Assembly: GCA_951406725.2 (NCBI GenBank)
Contig: OX597834.1
Span: 45,446,001-45,510,000 of the forward strand
DNA from: Octopus vulgaris
Lineage: Eukaryota
DNA: 64,000 bases
Direction: 5' to 3'
Part shown: positions 14,057 through 26,339 of the stretch, piece by piece
How positions within the stretch are numbered: position 1 is the stretch's first letter
Layout: every line of letters starts with the position of its first letter
Made by a program: the position numbers and the translations under genes
The notes under the pieces: model-generated
The model's database searches: none
The model's input: only the letters and a program-made list of their open reading frames with translations
Told to the model about the DNA's origin: nothing

Positions 14057-15130
14057 CTCTCTATATATATATACACAGACATATATATATATACACATAG
14101 TTTATATGCATGTGTGTATATATCTGTGTGTGCATGTATGTATTATATATGTATGTATGCATGCATGTGTGTCGGTGCATGTGCGCGCGTGCGAGTGTAT
14201 GTGAGAAAGAGAGAGAGGGAGAGAGAGTAAAATGGATGATATTGAAATAACTTTATATTTGCGACACGGCAAAACGTGTTTACTGTAATGTTGCTATCAG
14301 TTAAACTGAAGTCTTAGATTTACAGCGGTAAATAATTCACTTTGCCTGTTTGAGTCTCCTCTCATATTTGCGAGCAAGAATCGATCTGAGATACCTTAAA
14401 AGTTTGCAAGCAAATCTCTCAAGATATATATTTTAAGAGATAGGAAAAAATCTAATACCTAAGATCACATGAACATTCACAGACAAATTAAACAAAAACA
14501 TACATACTTACGGTGATATTGACTGATAAATACTATATAATTATATATATATATGTGTCTGTGTATGCATGTGTGTGGGTGTCTGTGTGTCTGTGTGTAT
14601 GTGTGTATATATGTATGTATATATATGTAAACTTATATATTTATCTATATATATATATATGCACACATATATATATATATATATAACACAGGTATATATA
14701 TATATATATATATATCATGTTGACCATACTCGAGTTTACATACATATAAGAACCTATGTCTATGTGTGTGAAGGTGCGTATACGTGCACGCCTACGTGCG
14801 TCTACATGAGAGGGTGTGTCGGTGAGTGTATATTTGTGTCTACATTTACCTATAGATAATGATATGGTCGTTCATTGAACGAAAATAGAAAATGAAGAAC
14901 ACATTGTAAGCAATCTTAAGACGTGGAGAAATTCAGACGCAATGAAAGTGAGGCTCACTACAGGAAAACTTGTTGAGATTGTTTTAATGTTCCTTGTTTT
15001 CTAAGTATTTGTATTTACGTATATACATATATGAATATATATCTACACTCACACACACATACTCGCACACACCTATGAATGCATATATATATACATATAT
15101 TTATAGGTACAATAAATTCAGAGTGAATAT

Positions 15131-15493
15131 AGGCGCAGGAGTGGCTGTGTGGTAAGTAGCTTGTTTACCAACCACATTGTTCCGGGTTCAGTCCCACTAC
15201 TATAGCCTCGGGCCGACCAAAGCCTTGTGAGTTGATTTGGTAGCCCGTCGTATATATGTATATATATATGTACGTGTTTGTGTTTTTGTGTATGTGTTTG
15301 TCCCCCTGCCATTGCTAGACAACCGATACTCGTGTGTTTATGTCCCCGTTACTTAGCGGTTCGGCAAAAGAGACCGATAGAATAGGTACTGGGCTTACAA
15401 AAGGATAAGTTCCGGGGTCGAGTTGCTCGATTAAAGGCGGAGCTCCAGCATGGCCGCAGTCAAATGACAGAAACAAGTAAAAGATTAAAGAGT
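15131..15493 (+). mobile_element. SINE family A, near full length
   Basis: aggcgcaggagtggctgtgtggtaag (A box), gggttcagtccc (B box), and tail ggcggagctccagcatggccgcagtcaaatgacagaaacaagtaaaag. Confidence 0.92.
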
Positions 15494-15552
15494 ACACACA
15501 CACACACAGACACACACACACATATATATATATATAAATACATATAAATTAT

Positions 15553-15662
15553 AGGCGCAGGATTGACTGTGTTAAGTAGCTTGCTTACCAACCATATAGT
15601 TCCGGGTTCATTCTCATTACGTGGCACCTTGGGCACTGTAGCCTCGGGTCGACCGAAGCCTT
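15553..15662 (+). mobile_element. SINE family A, 5' part only
   Basis: aggcgcaggattgactgtgttaagtagcttgcttacc...gcctcgggtcgaccgaagcc. Confidence 0.85.
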
Positions 15663-15669
15663 CTGAATA

Positions 15670-15778
15670 TAGAAAGATAAAGAAAAGAATGCATAGACAA
15701 TTTCAAAGAGATGTTGATGATGAGACACACAGAGAAATAAGATGCCTATGGATGACTAAAGGTGATTTAAAACCAGAA
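15670..15778 (+). mobile_element. Small fragment of an R4/Dong-like non-LTR retrotransposon
   Basis: Translation KKRMHRQFQRDVDDETHREIRCLWMTKGDLKPE resembles the K.MHGQF....W.WL..G.LK.ETE segment that precedes the CCHC finger in R4-clade elements. Confidence 0.6.
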
Positions 15779-16658
15779 TTATATCTCCAAAACTTTAAAT
15801 CATATTCGTAATTGTAAAGGTCAGCGAAAGAAGTTGCTATTCCTGAAAACTGGAAATAGTGGCTTTATTTTTTCTTTTTGCAAATCTTCACTATGTTGTT
15901 GAATTATTCTCAGTTTAATTGATATATTGAAATATCTGAGAAATACAAGTATGTGGATGATATATAGCGATCGTCTTAAAGCCCTCACGCAACTCATAGC
16001 GAACCAGGTGTTATGTATGTTTCGTAAAACCGGAACATTTTCGATATTGATTTGTTACCTGGTTTGCTTCAATTCTTACTTACATTCCTGTCATATTCGC
16101 GGAGCCGAAATAGCAAAAATCACGGGAATAGGAAACGTTACAACCAATGTTATGTCTCTAGTCAAATTTGGTCATTATCATACCTTTATAAATGTATATT
16201 TGCTGCTTTAGAGGAGTATAGAGCCCACATATATAGCTAGAGTTATTATTGTGATATACACAAGGACGATTACCTATTGAAATCATACGAACACAATGCA
16301 AAACAAACACATTTTCTGAACACATATAGCAGCATCATAGATTATAGGAACAAAATACGGTAACCACTTAACCGAATACAAGTACAATATCGAATTACTT
16401 ATAGTACATATACAGGCATCGGTGATGTGAATAACGAAGCAGGATCTTACACCAGTACATTATTGTGTAGTAGTTAACTGCTTTAAATGACAGGGGAAGA
16501 AATCTAATGTGCTATTTTCATGACTGATTCCTTTTCACATATCATATGGACCGGCCCATTTAATATCCAGTTTACACTATAACGATCCACACTGCAGGAA
16601 TCTTGATTACTCAATATCTAAGCTTAATAGAGAATTTTAAACGTAATATAATATTAGT

Positions 16659-16705
<47 letters not shown>

Positions 16706-16708
<3 letters not shown>

Positions 16709-16834
16709 CGTAGGAGTGGCTGTGTGGTAAGTAGCTTGCTTACGAACTACATAGCCTCGGGCCGACCAAAGCTCTGTGAGTGGATTTGGTAGACGGAAAC
16801 TGAAAGAAGCACGTCGTATATATGTATATATATG

Positions 16835-16890
<56 letters not shown>

Positions 16891-17095
16891 TGTGTATGTT
16901 TCTGTGAGTTTGTCCCCCCTCCTCGATTGACAACCGATGCTGGTGTGTTTACGTCCCCGTAACTCAGTGTTTCGTCACAAGAGACCAATAGAATAATTAC
17001 TAGGTTTATAAAGAATAGGTCCTGGGGACTATTTGCTCGACTAAAGCCGGGGCTCCAGCATGGCCGCAGTCAAAGTGACGGAAACAATTAAAGGA
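16706..17095 (+). mobile_element. SINE family A
   Basis: Same head, core and tail as the copy at 15131. Begins directly after (TA)n. Confidence 0.92.
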
Positions 17096-17133
17096 GTATG
17101 GATCAACATACGTATGTATATATATATATATAT

Positions 17134-17236
<103 letters not shown>

Positions 17237-17275
17237 TGTACATATATACATATGTATATATATATATATATATAC

Positions 17276-17311
<36 letters not shown>

Positions 17312-17324
17312 TATATATATATGC

Positions 17325-17364
<40 letters not shown>

Positions 17365-17389
17365 GTGTGTGTGTGTGTACAAAAAGATG

Positions 17390-17866
17390 GCAGGAAGAAT
17401 AATGGTTATGTAATGAATTTCATTCGCTCACGGCTGCTTCGAATATTGGATGCATTGGACTTGTGTGTGAGTGCCTGGATAACATTTTAGAGCTTCATCG
17501 GAGTCTCGGATATGAAGTGCAATTAATTTGCGAAAAAGAGAATTACAGTTGTGTAATATACAAGGAAGGCATTGCTGTTGAGAAATTCATTACGCGTGTA
17601 TACAAAAAGAAAAAGTGCCTATCTAAAAGGCAATTATATTTAATAGTAGAAAAAGTAGAAATAATACGTTATATATAAACATGTGCATTCGCTCGAAAAA
17701 CGGATGCAGACGGACAACGACACACAGCGTATGTATATGTGTGCATATATGTTTATATATATATATATAGTTAGATAGATAGATATATTGATATGAGTGT
17801 GTGTGTGTAAATCTGCTATGTGTTTCAGGCCGTGTGAGTACGTACGTTTTTCGATTAGCCTGCGTG

Positions 17867-17898
<32 letters not shown>

Positions 17899-18178
17899 CC
17901 TATATTCTTTCTTTTCTTTCTACTAGTAAATGTAATTGCCCCGTAGACATACTCTCTTTTATATAATGACTTTCTCCCTGGTAATGCCTCCTCTTATATT
18001 CCATAAACTTGTGTTGCATAGAAATTCATTTCCACCAAATAAGTTGCAATTCATATTCGAGTCTGCGTTGAAGTCGTAGCATGTCACTCAAGTACTCAAC
18101 TACGAGTCCAGTGCATCTTCTAGAAGAAACGGCTGTGACCTAATAAAGTATATAACATAACCGTTGTTTTTCCTATCA
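17390..18178. repeat. Old diverged inverted repeat, arms about 17390-17655 and 17915-18178
   Basis: Collinear matches after reverse-complementing the right arm: aggaagaataatggttatgt/aggaaaaacaacggttatgt, gatgcattggact/gatgcactggact, gatatgaagtgcaa/aatatgaattgcaa, ggcaattatatttaatagtagaaa/ggcaattacatttactagtagaaa. Confidence 0.7.
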
Positions 18179-18239
18179 ATTCTTTTGCTTAATATCGTTC
18201 TGTCCTCATGTATTAGTCTCGCAATGCCTTTATTATAAC

Positions 18240-18694
18240 TTTTTTTATCTCATTTAGTTTCAGCTCACGAGCTGTGGCCATACTGGGGCACCGCCATTTG
18301 ATGTTACTACGTAATTTTACTTCACGAATGCTTTTTAGCAATTGGCATTTGGTGCATGAGAGAGTTTGATGCCGCTGCCCTCATCTGCACCTCCTGCTGC
18401 GAAGATGAGTCATCTGGGACACCTGACAGGAAGAGGTCTAGCTTTATTTTGAAGACACCTACATCCATCCCATGCAGGTCTCTCAGGTCTTTCGGGGGGA
18501 TATTGAAGAGCTGTCGACCTCTGAAGCCCAGGCTATTGCCGTATCTTGTCCTACATCTTGATGGAAAATTTGGAGTCGTTGGTGCTATGCAGTGGCGCTC
18601 AGTTCTAATATTTGTGTAACTCTCGGTGCCAAAGTTTGGAACAAGTCCTTCCAGGATCTTCCAGATGTATATTATGGCATATATTTCTCGCCTA
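18240..18694 (-). mobile_element. 3' end of a second, related CR1-group LINE subfamily
   Basis: Minus-strand translation RREIYAIIYIWKILEGLVP...RYGNSLGFRGRQLFNIPPKDLRDLHGMDVGVFKIKLDLFLSGVPD...RAAASNSL. Tail ggcggtgccccagtatggccacagctcgtgagctgaaac. Confidence 0.9.
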
Positions 18695-18789
18695 TTATCA
18701 TATATATATTTATTATCTTTACCTTTGCACAGCTTCTAACGCTGGAGATGTACTACAGTGTCAGCTGTTCACTACCAGTGAAGTAAGCT

Positions 18790-19860
18790 AAAACCATCGA
18801 TCAGAGAGATTATTTATGCCTCGTTGATAAAAACTTATTGGCTTTGATGTTAAGAAGTCTTAGAAAGCTGATTCCACCTCTGGTCTGGACCTGAAATTTT
18901 GATCACTTAAAAACGTGTTTAAATGCTTTAAAAAATTGTAATCAGTGGGTGAAAGATCAGGAGAATAAGGAGAAAGTTGTAAAGTATCGTATCCCAAGTC
19001 TGAGTTTCTGCAGCGATCATTCTTGCAATATGTGGCTTTTATCGTGAAGCAGAAGTGGGCCACGCCGATTCACCGATGCAGGTCTCAATTTTGCAAGTGA
19101 GCACACATTTTAGTAAGGGGTTGCAGTAAACCTCTAATGTAATGCTCTTATTGGTTTCTAGAATGCTTGTAATGGACACCATCAATTACAGAACACCAAA
19201 CAGTCACCAAAATCTTTTGCATATGCAAATTTGACTTTGGGAAATGTTTGTGGGAAATGTCATCGATGTTTCGCAGAAAGTACATTAAGCACACTTCAAA
19301 AGACCTAACATTTTGGATTTTCATTGATCTCATGCAGTACTCATTTATCGATCTTTTTCACCTTAACAATCTTCTGCAGACTGGGTGAGATCGTTGCAAT
19401 AGCCACACCAAATGCTCGAGACACTTTGCTTTTGTTCAACAATTATTGCTTTCAATTCTTTATTGTCAAAATTGCAAGACCGTTCTCTAATATATTCGCC
19501 TTCAAGGCTCTCATCAACACCACAGAATTTCTGAAACCACCTTCGTAGTGTGCGATGAATTGTGGACTCCGATCCCCATTCTCTGTTGATATAGGCAGCA
19601 GTTTGGAAGGCATTGTGCCCAAACTTGAACTAATGCACGAAAACTGAGCGAAGCTCCTTATCGTCATGTTCATAATTATAAGAGCACCTATTCTACAGCA
19701 ATATTTTCTGTCCAAAGTAAGTAGAGAATTATTAAAGAGCATACATCAATTATCAAGTATGTCGCAACCCACCTAAAAGGTAATCAAAATACTATGATAA
19801 AATGGCGTTTCAAAACACAGCACTTAAAGCGGTTATTATTATCAGATCAATCTGATAATA
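18790..19860 (-). mobile_element. Mariner transposon relic, nearly full length and frameshifted
   Basis: The minus strand encodes fragments: FKLGHNA-like N-terminus, RRWFQKF, KILVTVW, SPYSPDLSPTDYNFLKHL (YSPDLAP motif) and GINNLSDRW. A terminal-repeat-like end lies near 19860, next to TA. Confidence 0.88.
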
Positions 19861-19996
19861 TATGTGTGTATATATATATATATATGAGTAAATGTAAGAA
19901 CAAGCAAGTGAGACAGGTCGATATAAGAACAATATTAAATACATTAAATAAAAGAGACTATATATGATTTACATAGAAAAAGCTCCGACTTACACA

Positions 19997-20041
<45 letters not shown>

Positions 20042-20075
20042 CATACATACATAGATGCATACATACATGCATGTA

Positions 20076-20111
<36 letters not shown>

Positions 20112-20298
20112 TATATACATATATGTATACATACATATATATATGTGTGTGTGTGTGTGTGTTAGATATATACACACGCGCACATACACGCTCCTGCAAA
20201 TACTCACATACACACATCCACACACGTATATACATATATATATATCTGTATATGTCTGTCAACAGAGTCAGAGATATTTCCTAACCCACTCATCCACC

Positions 20299-20348
<50 letters not shown>

Positions 20349-20920
20349 AATGGCTAAATTTTTGTTGCTCAGAGTAATTTGCCGTTTTATTTGCCACAAG
20401 GTTGACAAATGGAGGACAACATACAACGATAATAATGAAACGTTTATACCATAAACATTACTCAAGACTATATCAATATATAATCAAACTGTACACTACG
20501 TACTCAACACACATCGTACATATACCTATTCATGTATGTGTAATATAAAATATACACACACATATATATATAGAAATTGCTATATCGGTTATTCCTGTTA
20601 TAATATAAGAAAGAGACCACAACTGTCCATATTCTTTGATGTTCTTCTCTAACACAACCATAATTTATTATTACTATAACCTCTGCTGTCAAAACTGACG
20701 GCTCTTTTAATATTACCAGAATTATGGGGTTACTTTGCCGCCAATATCAATGATAGATTGTAAATAACGTCGATAGAAAATTACGAGTTTGACATACAGG
20801 AGAGTTAAAAATATGAAAAGAAAAGCAAAGGAAAGATATTTATGTTTATTTTCTGTTAAACCGAGCGCATTCGGTTTAAGAATAAAAACATATGAAGAAA
20901 TGTACAAAAATAGAGATAAC

Positions 20921-21085
20921 CATGGCTGTGTGAATCGGTAAGAAGTGTTTTAATAGCAAATGGTCTAGTCAGAGTTCGATCCTGCTCCACGGGCAATTGG
21001 ACAAGTGTCTTCCCTTGTACAAATCTTCGATTTCATCAACGTTTTATGTGTGGAATTTGATAGACAAAACCACGCTCAAGCCGGC
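20921..21085 (+). mobile_element. Degenerate SINE family A head
   Basis: catggctgtgtg...gagttcgatcctgctccacggg...ggacaagtgtcttc...tgtgtggaatttgatagac. Confidence 0.55.
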
Positions 21086-21205
21086 AGAATATACGTATTC
21101 ATGCTTATAACTATATACATACACATACGTACGTATATATATGTGTGCGTGTGCATGTATGTGTGTATACATACATATGTATATATATATATATATTTAT
21201 GTATA

Positions 21206-21338
<133 letters not shown>

Positions 21339-21477
21339 TATATAGTTGAATGAATTATCTTGTTATGGATAATTCGGTTAACCGATACCTGGGTAGCAAA
21401 TTCACATCAGAGAAGACACGTTTGAAGTTACGTGCTTTCGTGTGGAAATTTGTATGTCTTTTTTTAAATATAAATAT

Positions 21478-21721
21478 ATGAAAGAATGGAGTTGAACGAC
21501 GAATTAACAAAATTCCTTTATTTTCGACATATGTTTCGAAGGCTGCATATTCCTAATTGCGAAGGAGTATATTATGCTGCTTTCTCATCAGGAAAAGCAA
21601 GGAACTTATGTCAACATCAAGATGCATAAAAAACTTTTAGATGACTGCTCACACGGAGCCCATAGTGATATGTCGAAAATAAAGGAATTTTGTTAATTCG
21701 TCGTTCAACTCCATTCTTTCA

Positions 21722-21722
<1 letters not shown>
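21478..21722. repeat. Perfect 55-bp inverted repeat (21478-21532 and 21668-21722) overlapping a hammerhead motif
   Basis: atgaaagaatggagttgaacgacgaattaacaaaattcctttattttcgacatat and its exact reverse complement. Confidence 0.95.
21521..21596 (-). ncRNA. Minimal type I hammerhead ribozyme motif (Penelope-type)
   Basis: Minus strand: TTTTC-CTGATGA-GAAAGCAGCATA-(23 nt)-TATGCAGCCTTC-GAAAC-ATAT-GTC-GAAAA. Stem I is 5 bp, stem II pairs at 10 of 12 positions with G10.1-C11.1, stem III is the palindrome ACATATGT, and the cleavage triplet is GUC. Confidence 0.85.
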
Positions 21723-21777
<55 letters not shown>

Positions 21778-21867
21778 GATTAACGAATTTAAATAAATAA
21801 ATAAGTCAACATTCTAATATCCTAAATCTGATGAACCAACTAAATTGTTTCTCCATTTTCTTATTTG

Positions 21868-21957
<90 letters not shown>

Positions 21958-22206
21958 CATTATATTATATTATATTATATTATATCATATTTTATATTTA
22001 ATCTCTGAGTTGTTTCAGTGATTAGATTGCGGTCATTCTGAGGCTCCGACTTTAAAAAATTCAGTATTTGAATGAAACGACCATCGTATCGATTGTAAAG
22101 CAGCGGCTGTCTTCTCTAAATATCATAAAATGTCTATCATTGAACCAAAGGAATCATTCAAAACTGTGTCCAGTTAAGCAGTCTTGTTTCACCGAAGATA
22201 ATTTTG

Positions 22207-22722
22207 TTGTGATGCTCTTCGGTCATGAATGACCATGAGATTGCACCTAGAAAGTTACCCTCCTAGTCACAAGTCTGGGCAAGGATGTTTATCGAAGACC
22301 AGCAGTCGCCCATGCATTCCAGCCTCTCCTCTCCACGCCCCCGATACTATCCAAGGGAAAGGCAAAGGGGCCGATACAGCTTGGCACCAGTGACGTCGCA
22401 ACTCACTTATTAACGTGCAAGTGGCTGAGCACTCCACAGACACGTATACCCTAAACGTAGTTCTCGGGGAGATTCAGCGTTACACAGAATGTGACAAGGC
22501 TGGCCCTTTGAAATACAGGTACAACAGAAACAGGAAGAAAGAGTGAGAGAAAGTTGTGGTGAAAGAGTACAGCAGGGTTTGCCACCAACCCCTGCCGGAA
22601 CATCGTGGAGCTTTTTGGTGTTTTCGCTGAATAAACACTCACAATGCCCGGTCAGGGAATCGAAATCGCGATCCTACAACCGCGAGTCCACTGCCCTAAC
22701 CACTTTGCCATTGTGCCTCCAC
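22207..22722 (-). mobile_element. SINE family B with additional 3' modules (composite repeat)
   Basis: 22525-22722 is the reverse complement of the family B head and body (29440-29630). 22270-22385 matches positions 50-172. Confidence 0.8.
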
Positions 22723-22751
22723 ACCAAAGATGATAGTATATTGTTATTAGC

Positions 22752-23005
22752 AGTGGTGCTCAGCCGGGTTTCAAAGTACCCTTCGGGATCTATATAAGTG
22801 TTCGTTCTTAAAACATATTTGTAATAAATCGGTTACAGGTCTACAAAACACAAAATATTTTAAGTTTCTTTGTACTCAATTCCTAATAATAATTAATCAC
22901 AAAAATATAATAGGAGTTTTTTAAACATTAGTTGGAAATGTATTTCCACTCGAGCAGAATAAAAATGAAAAGAGGTCCATAGGTAAAAAAACCGTTGGGA
23001 GCCGA
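22752..23005. mobile_element. Probable hAT-type MITE (degenerate)
   Basis: Ends cagtggtgctcagcc and gtccataggtaaaaaaaccgttgggagcc resemble CAGTGGTTCTCAACC-type hAT MITE termini. Confidence 0.45.
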
Positions 23006-23599
23006 GCATAAATTATATCATAAAAATCAGAAACATTAGATGCTGCGTGAGACGTGAAATAATTCCTTTTTAACGATGGAACACGTGGTAGTTAAGTCTA
23101 TAATTACGTAATTAAAAAGTTAACTGATGAACTTTATATTACAGTGGAATGTCGAAATAATGACCTGCTAGTTACAGTACTGGAAACGTTCATATTTAAT
23201 GTGAGTTCAAAATCCTATTGGTTCTAAATTTACATTTCATATACCGAGTGTTGCCCCAGTAGGGCCACATCAAAATGACTGAAATCTTTTACGGAGATTC
23301 ACTCAATGGATCTGGCCATAATGGTGCATCCATTGTAAGGCTTTCTAGACATGCTATATCAATGCCAGTAATCTTAACCTTATCCTCGTCTCTAAAACAG
23401 GCCAAGTCGAACTGATCGTCAAGGGGTGCAACCCAATTCGGCATACATCACGCATGCAACGCACTGGGATCGAGACTTGAACCATTCGACTACAAACTGA
23501 ACCTCTTTATCGCACGCCCACTCATGCGCATGCGCTCATATATATCCATATCTAACATATTTTCCTGTTTTGAGAGCTGTCACAAGATCCATAACATTT

Positions 23600-24270
23600 C
23601 TGTCACCACCCACCCAGCCTTCCTCTTACTTCTCCCTACCTTCTCTTCCACATTCTCTCTCTCCCTCACCCCTTCCCTTCCCTCCCTCTCCCTTCTCTCT
23701 TCTCTCTCTACCGTTCTCTCTAGTTCCCCCTCTCTCCTCTTCCTTTTCTCTGTGCTCCCCCTTTATTAACTTCCTCTCTTCCCCTTTTCCCTCTCCATCA
23801 ACCATCTCTCCCTCCCTCTCCCTCTTCTTCACTCTCTCTCCTTCTTTCTCCTCACTCACTCCCCCCCTCTCTCTCTCCTTCTCCTCCTCCGTCTTTGTCT
23901 CAGGATTTTCATTCAATATAACATATTTCACTAATCCTCTTTCTATTCTCCCAAACCGATCTCTCTCCTTCTCTCTCCTCCTTTCTCGCCACATCCCTCT
24001 CCGCCACTCGCTCTCCCCCGCTTCTCTTTCCCCTGTATTCCTCTCCTATTTCTCTTAATTTAATATCCAATGCGTTAATCTAGACACATATTGTAATACA
24101 GTTATGTATCTTGGAATATTCTCTCGGGATTGTTTCTCATTCATAATCCGTCCTTTGTTTCTCTCTCCCACTCTCTCTCTTCCACCCTTTCTCTTTTCTT
24201 CCTCTCTCCTCCCCTCCGTTTCCCTCAGTCAGTCTGTCACCCACTCTCTCACTCCACCTCTCTCTCTCTA
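23600..24270. repeat. Long polypyrimidine (CT-rich) low-complexity tract
   Basis: Seen directly. Confidence 0.9.
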
Positions 24271-25273
24271 AAATATCAATATTATAGAGAAATGGCGTGA
24301 ATTCAATTATATCTGTTCAGTTTTTCATGTAATAAAGGAAACCAAGATAAATATTTATTGAGCTCAACCCTAATTCTCTCCTGTTAATCCTTTGATATAT
24401 TCGATGTTATATGGCCATAAAACAGTAGCGTGGGAACTGAAGTCAGGGTGTAAATTATGAATACAGGTTTCTAAACATGGGCAAAACAGCCACATATGTT
24501 TATTAACTAAAATTCGAATTATGCAGTTGTAGAAACTCTATATCAAAAACTTTCTCAATATGGCGATCGTGTGTTGTAGAAAAGGGAAAAGCTGCGGTTT
24601 TCGTCAGCGAAAAACCCTTTCATAGAGCTATTGTGCTAAATAAAAGTACAATATACTTCAGAGGTAGGTGAAACGAATTCGTCGCAGAATTGACTGCGAA
24701 TGCGATAGTAAGTGCGGTTTATCAAGGTCCCATACTCAGGTCACTTCCGAAACGAAATGGAATCAGCTGGTCTATAGAATACGGAGACAATGTATAAACC
24801 ATACACACGTTTGCGAATGTACCGAATACGCGGCTTACAATTCGCTTTCTGTCATTCCCTGGGTCGATTTCACTTCGCTTAGCCCAGAAGAATGTTGCGT
24901 TTTTTTAACACAAACAAAGGGAATTTTTTTCCGGACGAAACACGCAGCTTCTGGCGTTCCTCAACTTCACAAATACGTTGAGTATTTTGTATTCATACAG
25001 GTTTCCTTGGATGATTTGCTTTATCCGTCTATTTAACGATTGTAAAATTTTATTTATTTACTATCCGTGCCAAAGATGTATTCTCAAATCTACGTCTTCA
25101 ACGAGACTGGTGCTTCGCTGCATCGGGGGAATTAGGCAGCATTTCTTCTTGGATCAACATCAATGGTGTAGAAAATAGATATCTGCATGCATGGGTACTT
25201 TTTCTTTTCTTTAGAAAATCGAATCCATGTCTCCATATACAGGTGCAGATGCAAGATTACCCTTGAAAGACGC

Positions 25274-25467
25274 ACCAACACCGGTTGAGAAGCGGTGCTG
25301 GGGAGACAAACAATCACAAAGACACACGGATATACATACACACACACACACACACACAAGGCTTTGGGCGGCTGGAGGAAATAGTAAAAGACCATTGCCT
25401 AAGGTGACACGCAGTGGGACTGAACCCAGAATGATGTGGTTGCGAAGCAAGTCTCTACCCACATAGC
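25274..25467 (-). mobile_element. SINE family A, partial
   Basis: acaaggctttgg...cacgcagtgggactgaacccagaatgatgtggttgcgaagcaag. Confidence 0.85.
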
Positions 25468-26339
25468 CCCACCAGGTTCGTTCTGTTTCCGTCTTCAGCT
25501 CAACTCCACCCGTTACACCGTAGATTCCAACTGGAAGTCATTTCATGTTTATTCTGCATATTTTGTGTGAAATTCCGTGCTTTCGCTGATGTCCCAGTCA
25601 GCAAACATAGCTGCGTGTGTCTGCAATGTTAATGACAGCAGCGTTAATTGCGTAGTTTTCATTCAGAAAGCCAGATGAGCAACGGTTAACGATATACATA
25701 GAAATCGATGACCCTTCGCACAGTTACCAAGCGCCCTAATGACACAACCTACTCGAGGGACTACTTGAATATTGGAAAAATAATAATCGATGAATCGATG
25801 ATAAATCTACATAAACATAAAAACAAAGAAAATATGTAAGAAAAAACAACAAAAATACACGTGGTAATATACGCATGAAAACCCATTCGCATAAAGGACA
25901 GAATGAATTTTGATGTTCCTTATACCATAATGTAGTTTTTAATCATTACTGTGAAATTAATTTCTCAATATAGCGAAGCAGACGAGCTGGACAGATTTTT
26001 AATTAAGTACATTAAAGAATGTGATAGCGTTTTAAGTTTTAACATAATAATCATATTGAATAAATGGTTCTTCGGTTAGAATCGATATTTCCTTCTTATA
26101 TGAGAGCAGCGAATGAGAAAAATGTTTCTCATTTAAAGAAATTTCATTAAACAATCTTTTATTTTTACCTCTTCCTCTTCCCCCGAACCTTATTCCTCCT
26201 CCACCATTTTTACCTTTACATACATAAAAAAAAAAAAATAAATAAACCACGGCATCTGAATACGATAGATTCTTCGCCAAAATTAACACGCGCTTTGCTT
26301 CCATCGATCGTTTTTCTATAAAAACCGCTGCTCTGTGGC

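Noticed and set aside
23524-24058. Ser/Pro/Leu-rich and Glu/Arg/Gly-rich ORFs
   Set aside because: Artefacts of the CT-rich tract.
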